Shown piece after piece: positions 11,946 to 25,379 of a DNA stretch of 64,000 bases; position 1 is the stretch's first letter; each line of letters begins with the position of its first letter. Made by a program: the position numbers and the translations under genes. This stretch comes from Octopus vulgaris (lineage: Eukaryota): positions 142,662,001 through 142,726,000 of the forward strand of contig OX597814.1 in the NCBI GenBank assembly GCA_951406725.2. Reading direction: 5' to 3'. The notes beneath the pieces are model-generated. The model was given only the letters and a program-made list of their open reading frames with translations, did no database searches and was not told the origin of the DNA.

Positions 11946-14900
11946 TTAAGTTGAGGGCATCAGAAATAAAGATGTATGAAGGGAAGCTGTGAATCACTTC
12001 ATTTTTGAGGCAGAATTTTTAATTCTTTGGGTGTGTGAAAGAGTTTGAAATTTTACCGTCTGAAAATTCTGAAGAAAAGAAAATTATAATCTTAATTAGA
12101 CTCATGAAAAGTAAATATATTGACGAGATTGGCACTTTCTTTCCAATACAAACAAACACACACTCATATATACATGAGAGGCTTCCACATAATTTCTGTC
12201 ATGGCATTGGTCAACCCTGGACTGCATAGAAAACACTTCCGAAGTTAAGGTGCAGGGGAATTGAACCAAAAACCACAAGGTTTCTAAATGAGCCTATTTA
12301 AGAAGGTAAAAAGAGAGAAAATAGAAAGCTTCTGACAACACAGAAAGTTTAATAAAACCTTTATATTTCAGGCGTAATTTGAATGGGTTAACAGAACCTA
12401 CATAACTGGTACTTTTTCTCAGACTATTCTTTGCACTTGAAATATAAAGGTTTTATTAAAGTTTCTATTTTCTCTCTTTTTACCTTTATCAGTATTACAA
12501 TGTTTTGAGCGAACTACAACACTTTTATGAGCCTTTTTCTTTGAAGAGCCGGTGTGTGCAAGAAACTATATCTGGCCTTTAAATGTAGTACTATATATTG
12601 CATAATTATTCCCATGTGATTCATCATTGCATGTCAGAGTATGTGATATGGCTCTCAGCTCAGCAGAAAATGATAAAGCTAGAATAACAGGAGTTGTTCC
12701 TAGTTCAACCAACTGCCTGTGTGCCATGGGACTACTTAAGCTGAGTTGACATGTTCATATTTTTGGCACTTTTTGTATTACCTACATATATAAGTAAAGA
12801 TGTGGCAGTGTTGTCTTGGGTTTAATCCCACTGCACAGCACCTTGAGCAAGTATCTTCTGTTATAGCTCCAGGTCAACCAAACTTTTGTAGACAAACTGA
12901 AAGAAGCCATATATATATATATATATACCAGAGTAAGTACATAAATGCGAAACAAAGTGGAAAAAATAGTACTCAATTATCAGAGGTAGAGTAATATGTT
13001 TTATTAAAAAGCATAAAAAAATATCACAAAAACTTACTCAGAGTTTCGTGTGCCCGTTCACCAGACAGTTGAGTGGACTGGAGCAATGTGAAATAAAGTG
13101 TCATGCTCAAAGACATAATAATCCACCAGGAACTGAACTCACAATCTCATGATCATGAGCTGAATATCTTAACCACTAAGCCAGCAACATCATCATCATA
13201 TAACGTCCACGTTAGATGGTTTGACTGAGCTAGCATGCTGCACCAGACTCCAGTCTGATTTGGCATGGTTTTCTATGGCTGAGTGCCCTTCCTAATGCCA
13301 ACCACTCCATGAGTGTAATGGGCGCTTTTACATGCCATTTGTGTGACACTGGGGTGCATTTACATGACATTGGTATCTGCCACGACTGCGATTTTGCTCG
13401 GATTGATGGGTCTTCCTTTATGTATGTATGTATATGGCAAAAATGAATAATGCTTGTATTTTTAAAGGTCAGTCTTGTCATATTCTGTGTCTCACTGAAG
13501 CTCTACAAGAACTACATTTAGGGTAAGCTTGTCTGTGGAGTGCTCAGCTGCTTGCACGTTAGTTTCACAAGTAGGTTGTTCCATTGATCGGATCAACTGC
13601 AACTCTTGTCCTTGTAGCTGATGAAGTGTCAGTTTATATATATAATAATAATTATTATTTGAGGGAATATTAATCCAAACTTACAGGGAAAAAATTCAAT
13701 TTAGAAATACTAAATCAAATTTCACACAATATATATATATATATAAAATTAGAAAAAAAACACCTTTTATCAATTCAAAATGAACAATTAAATGTAATTT
13801 TCTAGATGATGTAATTTAATTGTTCATTTTGAATTGATAAAAGGTGGGGGTTTTTTTTGTAATTTTATATATATCTCTCTCTCTATATATATATACACAC
13901 ACATGCACAAATCTATATATGTTTTGACATGCAATGATTGTAAAAGAACATTGCCATCATAGAAGTGATCTTACTAATTTTGCTTGAAAACTGATGAAGT
14001 TTGACAACAGAAATGACATCCAGTAGTAGAAAATCTTCCTCATCAAATTCTGTCTGGCCCATGGCAGCATGGAAAAGTAAGCATTAAATGATTATTATAT
14101 GTAATTAGAACCTGGCTTGGTTATTGAAGAATTTGCTCCAGATATCCAGAATTATATTTTGCAACAAACTAAATCTAAGCCACCATTATTGTGTTATAAA
14201 TCAACATGGTGGCAGGCGTTGTGTTGATACCACATAAAATAGCACCCAGTGTATTCTGTAATGTGGTTGGTATTAGGAAGAGCATCCAGCCATATTAACC
14301 ATGCCAAAACAGATGACTGGAGCCTGTTGCAGCCTCCAGCTTGCCAGCTCCTGTCAAACCATCCAACTCATGCATGCATGGAAAAGGAAGATTGAAATGG
14401 TGATGCTAAATAGGAACTTTTATACTTTTAACTATTTACAAGGATGATGGTTGAAACTTGACGTTTGCAGTTCTTCACTGTTTAGTCAGGATAATGTTTA
14501 ATTATGTGGTTGATGCTTACAGGAAGATAATTCCAGAGTATACAGAATTTTAGTTATAACAAAAATATTCTTTTACTTGTTTCAGTCATTTGACTGAGGC
14601 CATGCTGAAGCACCACCTTTAGTTGAGCCAAATCTGAGACAAACCATTCAATACATCAGCATGGGAAGTGTTTGTACAATGATATATAGTTTTGTTTCAT
14701 GTTTGCCTTTATGTTGACTGCTTGAAAACTGTCTTCGTTTAAATCATATTTTAGGAGTGCAACAAATATAGGTTAGTCAGCTAAGTACCTAGGATTGATA
14801 ACATTGATAAGCCCACCAAGTTGGTACCCCAGGATGGCTACGAATGACTGAATAAAGTAAAAGAACAGGCGTGGTCTGTCTGATGCATTTTTTTAAAACC

Positions 14901-16450
14901 AAATATTTGCAACCGTCAACACCATCAAAATATTGTGGCCTTATTTGAGCTTTGCAGCAAACTAGGTATTGACTGGGGCTGAAGTATTGTCTGCTCTGGT
15001 TTTTAACCAATTAATTTGAGATATGAAAGGCTACATGATACACAAAGGTCTGTTTAGCAAAAAGCCTCACCGTGGACATGAGTGAATACACACAGACATT
15101 GTAGGAATACTGGTGAACCATTTAGGAGATTTGATTCTGTGTATTGTCTAAAGGGATACTCTTATGAGGCAGCTTTTAGTTACTTGCTTAACTGTTCAAG
15201 AGGTGCTAGGGGTACTGGTAAGGGTAGTCGGCATAAAACTATTCAAGCTCTGATCAGTTGGCTGACTTTCAACTATTAGAGAGTTCAGGATTTGGTAGCT
15301 TCATGGTGTGTTGCCATATATAGTGATCATGTAATTTAATGGGTACAGATATCTTTATTTTATATAGATATAGTACATAAGGTAAAAAAAGAAAAAGAGA
15401 CAGAAAAACACCCATGGCTTGTAAGGAAATATTCCAGGACAGGTTAACAGAACTATGGTATTTTAAGTTTGGTTTAGTCAATGGTTGGTTATTCAAAACG
15501 ATACAGCCTAACAGGTAACTCAATCCTTGGACCACAAACAAAAATAGAATATAAGAAATGAAACCAAGACAAGATTGCCGGGCGGGGATCAGGAGTAAAG
15601 ATTTTGGGATGAGGTATTTCAGTAGATAGAATGCAAAAGAAGCTGAAGATAGGCAATATGAAAATAAAAATGAATCGCTAATATGTTTTAAGTTTTAAAA
15701 CAAGTGGTACGACAACCTGCTGTCAGTAACTTTCAAATTAAGCAAACGTATCTAAGGGACATAACTCTGAATATACATGCATATAAAAATCGTTATTTTG
15801 AAAGAATTCTTATATAAATTATTAAAACATTTATATATTTCAAGATGTTGGTGATAATTATGAAGTTTGAAGAGAGGGAAAAAAATAATGAAATAAGGAG
15901 GTATCTGAAATGTAGTTTTAATGCTATTGCGCCAAAAGATTCTGATTTCACGGTCATGTAAATTGTCAGTTTTCGTCTATGTCAGCTTTTTCTCTTCCAA
16001 GATCGATTAAGAATTCGTCTTCAAAGGACTGGAGTCAATATAATTAGCTAAATTCTTCGAAGGTGGTACATCAGCATGGCCGCAGTCCAATAGCAGAATC
16101 GACATACATACATACAATATGTGTATGTGCTTGTGTGAATATGCACACACACACACACACACATAGTATAAGATTAACAGCCGAAGAGAAGGTATACTAC
16201 TCTTAATATTACATGAATAACTTCCCTTATACTATGATAAATCTCAGAGCGAGTTATAAACAGTAGCGGTAACACATCGTGACGCATATTTGCCATTTGA
16301 ATATGGCTAACCCCTAAGGGTGGATGCTACTGTAGTTTGTAACCCCAGGAAGATATCTCCTCCAGCTGGCTATAGACACACTATCTATATACTATAGATA
16401 TCCCTTATACTATTATGTGTATATATGGACTTCCCTCGTATAAATATATA

Positions 16451-17355
16451 TGAGGTGGGTACCCAAAAGTAACCGGAAAAGTTCTCTGTGGGACATGCCC
16501 GTTGTAATTCAGGTTTCCGCCGCTAGAAGCCACTTGATGCGACCCTCAGGCATCAGTCTGCCGACCGACATCGTCTATTGCAGTCGTGTTGCCACGTGGT
16601 ACGTCTTAGCAGTGCGTCTCCCCTGTTCGTCGATTTTTGCGATGGCTGAAACGAAGGAACCGCGTGCTTCTGTGAAATTCTGTTTTCTGCTGGGGAGAAC
16701 GGTGGCCAAAACATCTGTCATACTTCAAACAGCTTAGAGAAACACTACCACGAGTAAAACACAAGTTTACGAGTAGTTTCCACGCTTTAGGAATGGTCAC
16801 GTATCACTTGAAGACCAATGTCGTTCAGGATGACCGTCGACCTCCACAAACGAATGAAAACATCACGAAAATTCATGAACTGATTTTGGAGGACCGTCGC
16901 CGAACAATTGACGAACTTGTTGATATGACTGTTGTGTCATAGAGCTTCTGCCAACGACTTTTGATCGAGGAATTCCAAATGAAAAGTGTTGCAGCAAAAT
17001 TTGTGGCTCACTTGCTCACAGATCAAAAGCAGTCACGACTGAATGCATGTTGTGAACTGAAAGACCAGTTGGAAATTGATCCAGATCTTTTTTCGAAGGT
17101 CATCACTGGTGACAAAATCTGGTGCTACGAAATTTGCAAATGTGGAAGAGGTGGAGATAAAAAAAAAAAACGACGTAGGCGTTAAAAGGCATCACTTCGC
17201 AAGAGTTCCGGTACTGCTTCGAATAGTGGAAAACTTGCCTGGACCAATGCATTGCTTCAAATGGAGAATACTTCAAAGGTGATAAAAGTATAAACATGTA
17301 ACTAAGGGAATAAAATAATATTGTAAAATTCGGGTTCCTCTTGGGTACCCCCACG
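16451..17355 (+). mobile_element. Internally deleted, defective mariner (Tc1/mariner) transposon
   Basis: TA-flanked ~28-bp TIRs (TGAGGTGGGTACCCAAAAGTAACCGGAA / TTCGGGTTCCTCTTGGGTACCCCCACG). The transposase pseudo-ORF starts at 16642 (MAETKEPRASVKFCFLLG...LEDRRRTIDEL...AAKFVAHLLT...VITGDKIWCYE). It then jumps directly to the C-terminus (QCIASNGEYFKGD) and has several stops. Confidence 0.92.
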
Positions 17356-17719
17356 TATGTGTATGTGTGTGAAGGCTAATTGGCCGAAACTTCGATGTGA
17401 CTGTCACTCCTTTTGTAAAAGTTTAATAAAATTTACTGAGAAGTATTGAGTAATTCTTCAATGTTTGTTAAGCTGTTTTTATATATTACTTGACATAAAA
17501 ACCAACATTCACACAAACGCACACGTGTGTGTGTGTCTTTGACCTATATATATATATATATAGTCAATTTAAAGAACGAAAAACAGAAAAAAAAGGAAAA
17601 AAAACAAATGTGCATAAGCATTATATTAATTTGGCACTAGGTGAAAGAAGAGAGTTTTTGTTAATGTTTCGAGCATAGCTCTTCGTTGGAAACAGGAAAG
17701 TCCAAAGAAAAAGAAGGCA

Positions 17720-17730
<11 letters not shown>

Positions 17731-17804
<74 letters not shown>

Positions 17805-17810
17805 CAGATA
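17731..17810 (+). repeat. (GATA)n microsatellite
   Basis: About 18 perfect units. Confidence 0.95.
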
Positions 17811-17966
17811 GGCACAGGAGTGGCTGTGTAGTAAGAAGCTCTGGGTTCAGACCCACTATATGGCACCTTTGGTAAATGTCTTCTACTATAGCCTTGGGCT
17901 GACCAAAACCTTGTGAGTGGATTTGGTAGAAAGAAGCATGTCGTATATATGTGTGTGTATATATGG

Positions 17967-19046
17967 ATAAAAATTACATATAAAAATACAAAATGGGACA
18001 AGAATGCAAAATACACAAAGAGATGACACAAAAAACGGACGGGTCATTTGAAGCCTCTAATCTTCAGTCAGGAACCGGATCATCCTAGCAAATTTCGGCT
18101 GATTAATCCTGATATTGCTCCGATCTGGCCAGCCCCAAGGAAAAACTAAGCTGCGAGCATTAGATTTCTTGGAAAAAGGATCGAATGTATATGAAACAAG
18201 GACAGAAAAATGGATGATGCCACACGAATATAAATACAAAAAACAAAAATTAAATTAAAAACAAGAATGGTAATAACAGGACAAAAACAGCGGGTGTCTT
18301 ACGACTTTAGGCAATTTAACTTATCTTAGCTGGCATATTTTGAAATAAATGCCTTTACGGCAGACGAAGAAAAAAACGGTGTTGTCACAGCAGCGGTCAA
18401 CGGCAGAAAGGCTAGTTGACCAGCAGGTCATGTGAGTAGAGAAGAAGAGAGTGAAAAAAAAAAACCAGGGGGCAAAGGAATCAAAGAGAGAGAGAAAAAG
18501 AGGGACAAAGGCACTAAGGGGGGGGGGGGGGGAAGAGAGAAAGAAGGAATTAAAGAGGGGGGAAGAAACAGATCGCGCCAAAGATTGGCTTGGCAACAGA
18601 ATCAATGGTGCAAAGTGAGAAAGACAGAGAAATGTGAGAGAGTGGGGGAAGAGGAGACCAAAGAATCAGAGGCAAGAAAAGAGAAAGACAGAACAGTGAG
18701 GTATAGAGAAAGTGTGTAGAAGTCGTACAATTGGTGGAATGTTTACATACATAAGGGAACAAGGTATACGTTACGCCGCAATAATATATGTATAAAAATT
18801 ATATATAAAAATACAAAATGGGACAAGAGCACAAAATACACAAAGAGACGACACAAAAAAACGGACGGGTCATTCGAAGCCTCTAATCTTCAGTCAGGAA
18901 CCGGATCATCCTAGCAAATTTTGGCCAGCCCCAAGGAAAAACTAAGCTGCGAGCATTAGATTTCTTGGAAAAAGGATCGAATGTATACGAAACAAAGACA
19001 GAAAAACGGACAATGCCACATGAATATAAATACAAAAAACAAAAAT
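17967..19046. mobile_element. Element with ~285-bp direct terminal repeats (17967-18250 and 18792-19046) around a GA-rich spacer; possibly Penelope-derived
   Basis: The two copies align closely, and the second lacks ~30 bp after CTAGCAAATTT. There are no TG..CA LTR ends and no coding capacity. Confidence 0.6.
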
Positions 19047-20948
19047 ATGTATGTGTTTGTTCCCCTCCATCACATGACAACCGATGGTGGTTTTTTTTAC
19101 ATCCCCATGACTTAGTGGATTGGTAAAAGAAACCAATAGAATAAGTACTAGGCTTACAAAGAATAAGTCCTGGGATCGATTTGTTTGACTAAAGGCAGTG
19201 CTCCTGCATGACCACAGCCAAATGACTGAAACAAATGAAAGTGAGTAAAAGAATATGTGTGTGTTATAGTTATAGTGAAGGTGCATGGCTCAGTGGTTAG
19301 ATAGTGAGTTTGGTCCCCAGACCGAGCTGTGTGTTGTATTCTTGAACAAGACACTTTATTTTACATTGCTCTAGTTCACTCAGCTGTAGAAATGAGTTGC
19401 GACGCCACTGGTGCTGAGCTGTATCGGGCCTTTGCCTTTTCCTTGAATATCACTGGTGGTGTGGAGAGGGGAAGCTGGTATGCAGGGGCAACTGCTAGTC
19501 TTCCATAAACAACCTTGCCCGGACTCATGTCTTAGAGGGAAACTTTCTGGGTGCAATTCCATGGTTATTCATGACCGGAGAGGGTCTTTACCCTTTTATA
19601 CACACATACACATACATTATTAGCTTCATGCTAAGCATACCTTACTGCGCTCTCTTCTTACATTAACTCCATATTCTTATTACTTGCTTCTGCTTCATAA
19701 TTGCCTTCATCACCCTACAGCATTCCATCTTTCACCTCTTCACCACTTGTGCAGATTGTCCTTTATACTTTACTTCACTCTAACTGCCTTGCACTACTCT
19801 AGGCCCACTTATAAGGGGCTGCATTAGACTACCCTTATTCCATTTCCCAATAAACTCCATCGTTGTCCTGCTATGCTACCAGCCAGTACTCTCATTTCTC
19901 TGAGCCACCTGTATTGCTACATAACATCATTATCTCATCACCCATCCTTACCTTTGTTCATCCGCTATTGCCAATCACTCCCCTACCAACTACACCTCCT
20001 AGTATTCCTCTGCTATTCCTTTTAGCTTGAGGCACATGGGTTAGTGATTAGGGGTGTTCGACTCATGATCATAAGATTGTGGTTTCAATTCCTGGACCGG
20101 GTGATGCATTGTGTTCTTGAGCCTCCATTCATTTCATGTTGCTCCAGTCAATTCAACCGGCAAATGTGAGTAATCTTGTGATGGACTGGCACCCCATCCA
20201 GGTAGGGAATATATGCACCATGGAAACCAGGAAACTGGCCTTTATGAGTCATTATAACTTGAGAAGGTAACTTTACTTTTTTTCTTTTCTTTTTTTACTC
20301 CAATGGTAAAAATGAGTGATCCTGTGATGAACCGGCATCTCATCCAGGGAGGAATGTATACTTCAGAGAAACCAGAAATCAGCCCTATGCGTCTTACATA
20401 GAAATGAGGACTAACCGTTGCCATCATGTTCTTGCTTCTTCCACTCTCTCACCTATTCTAGTCCTTTTCATACTTTTTTCTTTCTCTCCTTTTTGTTCAC
20501 CTCTTAGGTCACCAGAGAAATGTACGAGACCCAGGCTATAGTATACTCTCTACACTTACATTCCTGTCCATCCCTACCCCCAGATCTACTTATTTCTGGT
20601 TGTGTGATTAAGAAGCTCATTTAGCAGCCATGAGGTTTTGAGTTCAGTCCCATTGTACAGCACTTTGGGCAAGTGACTTCTGCTACAGCCCTGGGATGAC
20701 CAATGCTTTGTGAGTGAATTTGTTGGACAGAAATTGTGTGAAGGCCTATCATTAAATGGCCATACTGAGGGATATCAAGTTAAAACTCTGAAGAGACTGC
20801 ACCATTTTATAGTAGTGTTTAAACTGCAATGATTACTAATCGGTGCAATTGAAACATGTGTTGGTCTTAAAAGGTGGTATGTAATTATAGAATTAAAGAT
20901 AATGCTATTGCTACTTCAGAGTAATCCTTATTTTTAATATTGTCAATG

Positions 20949-20980
<32 letters not shown>

Positions 20981-22249
20981 TGTATGTATGTATGTATGTA
21001 TGTGTGAGTGTGTGTGTGAGTGAGTGTGTGTGTATGTGTATGTATGTATTTAAGTGTTGGGATTGTTCCTAGTAGTAAGCCATGAATGAATTTGGTAGAA
21101 ATTGCATGAAAGTATATATACATACATATATATATCATCATAATAATCATCATCATCATCGTTTAACGTCCGTTTTCCGCGCTAGCACGGGTTGGACGGT
21201 TCGACCGGGGTCTGGGAAGCCAGGGGCTGCACCAGGCTCCAGTCTGATCTGGCAGAGTTTCTACAGCTGGATGCCCTTCCTAACGCCAACCACTCCGCGT
21301 ATATATATACACATATATAATATATGCACATATATATATATACACATATATATACATGCACACATACGTATGTAGGTATGTATGTACATATGTATGTATG
21401 TTTGTATATGTGTGTATGTGTGTGTCTTTGCATTTGTGTTTGTCCCACCACCACTTCTTGACAATTGGTGTTCATTTGTTTACTTTTATGTAGCTTAGCA
21501 GTTCATCAAAAGAGAAAGATAGAATTAGTAAAAGACTTTTAAAAAAACCAAGTACTAGGATCAATTTTTCAACTGAACACTTCAAAGCTGTGCTCCCGCA
21601 TGGCCACAGTCCAATTACTGAAACGAGTAAAAGATGAAAGATATATGAAATAAAAGGTTTTTTTTTTTTCTTCTTTTGCAAAGCCCCAAGACCAGAAATG
21701 TTGAGTTGCAGTAACTAGTGGTCTAAACAAACACTAGTATTTGACTAGTGCCTAATTTTGAGCCCTGGAGAGATGAAAGGCAAGGTTGTCTTTGATGTCA
21801 TTTGATCTCAAGATATAATAAGCAGTAACTAAATACCTCACGACATTTTGTCTGACACTTTAATGCTTCTGCAAATCCAAATAATTCTTTAAAATTTTGG
21901 CAGAAGGCCAGCAATTTGGCGGGAGGAGATAAGTTTTACTAGTAACTGCACCCCAACAGATACTTAATGTACTGACTTCAAGGCAAGGCTGGACTTGGTG
22001 GAGTTTGAACTCAGGGTGTAAAGAGCCAAAAGTAATGCTGCTAAGCATTTCGCCCAGTGTACTAACAATTCTGCCAGCTCACCAATCCGGATATTAATAA
22101 TGTTCTTACTGTTATTGTTGAAGCTGTAATCAAGCAGTTTTGTGATCAGATGCCTTCCAGCAGTGACTGTCTTATTTTAAATATACCAGGGTCTATATTG
22201 TCTGTTGTATTTGTTTTATTTAAAATGGTATAAGAGTGATTTGAGAATG

Positions 22250-22695
22250 TCTAACAAACGGCCTGCTGTGCTTACCTTAGATTGTAGGGTGACCTGCAGT
22301 GCTTGAAGAGACCTATTGAGTCAAGTACAGCAACATCAAAATAAAAATCAAATGGAAATTGTAGTTGTGATGCCTGTGCCTGTGGCATGTAAAAAGCACC
22401 ATCCAAACGTGGTCGATGCCAGCACCGCCTTGACTGGCATCCGTGCCGGTGGCACGTTAAAAGCACCAACCAAACGTGGCCATTGTCAGCCTCCTCTGGC
22501 CCCTGTGCCGGTGACACGTAAAAAGCTCCCACTACACTCACGGAGTGGTTGGCATTAGGAAGGGCATCCAGCTGTAGAAACACTGCCAGATCAGACTGGA
22601 GCCTGGTGCAGCCGCCTGGCTTCCCAGGCCCCAGTCGAACCGTCCAACCCATGCTAGCATGGAAAACAGACATTAAACAATGATGATGATGATGA
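22250..22695 (+). mobile_element. SINE-like family A (internal GCACGTAAAAAGCACC minisatellite, GGTTGGCATTAGGAAGGGCATCCAGC core, (GAT)n tail); representative copy
   Basis: Dispersed copies in both orientations at about 1035-1400, 6060-6320, 7765-8260, 9440-9720, 10720-11065, 21140-21300, 32670-33315, 52705-53220 and 62945-63383. Confidence 0.8.
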
Positions 22696-22875
22696 TATCG
22701 GGCATGAATAAAATTCCAATACTGTGCAGTTCTTGAGAGGAAAGATTAATGAAAAAAATATTTAGAGCAGGATTAGGATTTGGTTGAATGATATACTATA
22801 GAGATGACATGACAATCAGAGGTGGTAGAGTTTGTGTGAATGGCTATGGTCTTTATAGCAGAAGAGAAAGTGAGT

Positions 22876-22879
<4 letters not shown>

Positions 22880-22938
<59 letters not shown>
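22880..22938 (+). repeat. (GA)n microsatellite
   Basis: Perfect dinucleotide run. Confidence 0.95.
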
Positions 22939-22941
<3 letters not shown>

Positions 22942-23894
22942 CAGACAGACAAAACAAAACAGCACATTTGTTAGCCAGTGGATATCTTTAATCTTTTATT
23001 TTTTTACTTATTTCAGTCATTTGACTGCAGCCATGCTGGAGCCTCGAAAGGTTTTAGTCAAACAAATCAACCCCAGGACTTATTTTTTTGTAAACTCAGT
23101 ACTTATTTTACCAGTCTCTTTTACTGAACCACTAAGCTATGGGGACATAAACACACCAGCCCTGGCTGTACAGTGGTGGATAGTTACAAACACACACACA
23201 CATATACACACTCACATACACACACGCATATATACATATACAATGGGCTTCTTTCAGTTTCTGTCTACCAAATCCACTCGCAAGGCTTTGGTCAGTCTGG
23301 GGTTATAGTACAAGACATACGCATGAGGTGCCTTGCAATGGGACTGAACTTGGAACCATGTGGTTGAGAAGCAAGCTTCTTACTACACAGCCAGGTCTTT
23401 ACCATTCACTGAAATAGCTGGGAAGTGGAGGCAGATTATGAAATCCAGAATGTTTGTATGCCTGTTGTATCAGTATGTGAACAATACTCACATGTGTATG
23501 GGCCTTACCCAACCTCAATGTATTTATGGTCAGTAACTAATCTAAGCAGTATTATTTCATGCTCTGTATTGGAATTCTAATCTGTAGGATGCTGTTTTGA
23601 CTGTTGCCATAAGAAATCATCAAAGATTGTGATGTCATGTATTTATCTTTTACTTGTTTCAGTCATGGGATTGTGGCCAAGCTGGGGCACTGCCTTGAAG
23701 GGTTTAGTTACATAAATCAGACCCAGCACATATTTTAAAGTCTTGTACTTATTCTATTGATCTCTTTTGCCAACAACTAAGTTATAGGGACATACACAAA
23801 CCAACGCCAGTTGTCAAGCAGTGGAGTGGACAAACATAAACACAAAGACACACACACACTCACACACTGGCACACATATGCATACACATGTACA

Positions 23895-24700
23895 TGTACC
23901 ACCATGCATTTTGGGAGGAGAAACCCAGCGTCCACCTACTCCCTCCACAACACTAGTCTCAAAAAGTCTTCAAGTGAACGTGACCTGGGTGTTATTGTCG
24001 ACAGCGATTTGCGTTGGACAAAACACATCGCTAAAATTGTCAAGAAGGCTGAGGGTGTCTTGGCATCACTCACCAAATCCTTTGTGAGCCGCTCTCCGGC
24101 TATCTATCTGCGGCTTTATATAGCTATGGTAAGACCTCACCTGGAATTTGCATCACCGGTCTGGAACCCCTATCTTGCCCAGGACATCAATCGTCTGGAA
24201 GCTGTTCAGCGACGTGCAACCAAAAGAATACCCTCCATCAGGCATTTGCCATATCCTGAACGCCTTACTTCCCTGGGCATGGACACATTGAAACTCCGAC
24301 GTCTGGCAGCTGACTTGGCAGACACCCATAAAATTATCAACCATCGCACAAACAATAACTCTGAGCACCTCTTCAAACTCCACCCATCTAACACCCGTGG
24401 ACATATTTACAAAGTAAGAAAACAGCACAGCTCCCATGACTTCAGGAAACATTTTTTCACGCTGAGAGTTGCTGAAGCGTGGAACAAACTGCCGGCATCG
24501 GTTGTTAGTTGTCGGAGCACTGCATCCTTCAAAACTTCCATGCTTCCTGAGATTCGCCAACACTACACTTGATACACACACAAGCATGTTCACTTTCCAG
24601 ACATTTCTACACTACTGCATGTACTTTATATGCACTTTCTGACAAGTTGTGGTGCACTTGAGCACTGTATACAATAATTTCATTATTATATTATTATTAT
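23895..24700 (+). mobile_element. 5'-truncated CR1-like LINE: C-terminal part of ORF2, 3' UTR and (ATT)n tail
   Basis: Uninterrupted frame to TGA at 24572 with ERDLGVIVDSDL, VRPHLEFASPVWNPY, LEAVQRRATK, TRGH and FFTLRVAEAWNKLP, typical of the CR1 post-RT region. Confidence 0.9.
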
Positions 24701-24975
24701 ATATATATATATATCTTTTACTACCATGTTTTTACTGATGAAATTCACCTCTCTGTCTATATACCTACCCTCTTTGTAATGTTGGCAAATGGAATAAGTA
24801 TAAAAATGAACATTGTCAATTTAATTAAAAAATTCCATATGTGGCTGAAGATTGCTCTACATTTTAAAACTGATGTAATACTTACATTGTTTAATTAAAT
24901 GAAGTAGCATGAAACGATTGTTCTACACTACCTTTGGATATCCTTGTTGCTTATTTTGATTGTAATCACCCCATT

Positions 24976-25033
<58 letters not shown>

Positions 25034-25379
25034 ATGTATGACTGGTTTCTAATTTCCATCTACCAAATTCCTTCACAAAGCATTAATCAGTCTGAGGTTA
25101 GAATAGATTACACTTGTTGAAGGTGTTGTGCAGTGGACTGAACTCAATGCCACATGATTGTAAAGTGAGCTTCTTAACCACATAGTCATGCCTTTGTACA
25201 AGAAAATTTTATCTTTGAAAGTTTTAATTGTATAAGGGAAGGTGTGTGACCTGTGACACTGATTCTTTGATATGTGTGGTTATTATGTTTTGGTACTGTT
25301 GAAGGAGGCTAGGTTGTCATTCTCCTGCTGGAGGATGTTTCCAACGTCTCCATTCATGAAAGTAAGTGCTTTTGCCATG

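Noticed and set aside
13990-14020. CTGATGA...GAAA hammerhead-like words (also at ~37990 and ~48665)
   Set aside because: They lack a proper stem II or stem I and align to decayed SINE sequence, so they are chance matches.
14790-15540. Unique-looking segment that might be a decayed L1/Tx1 LINE or a pseudogene
   Set aside because: All frames are broken and no motif could be recognised with confidence.
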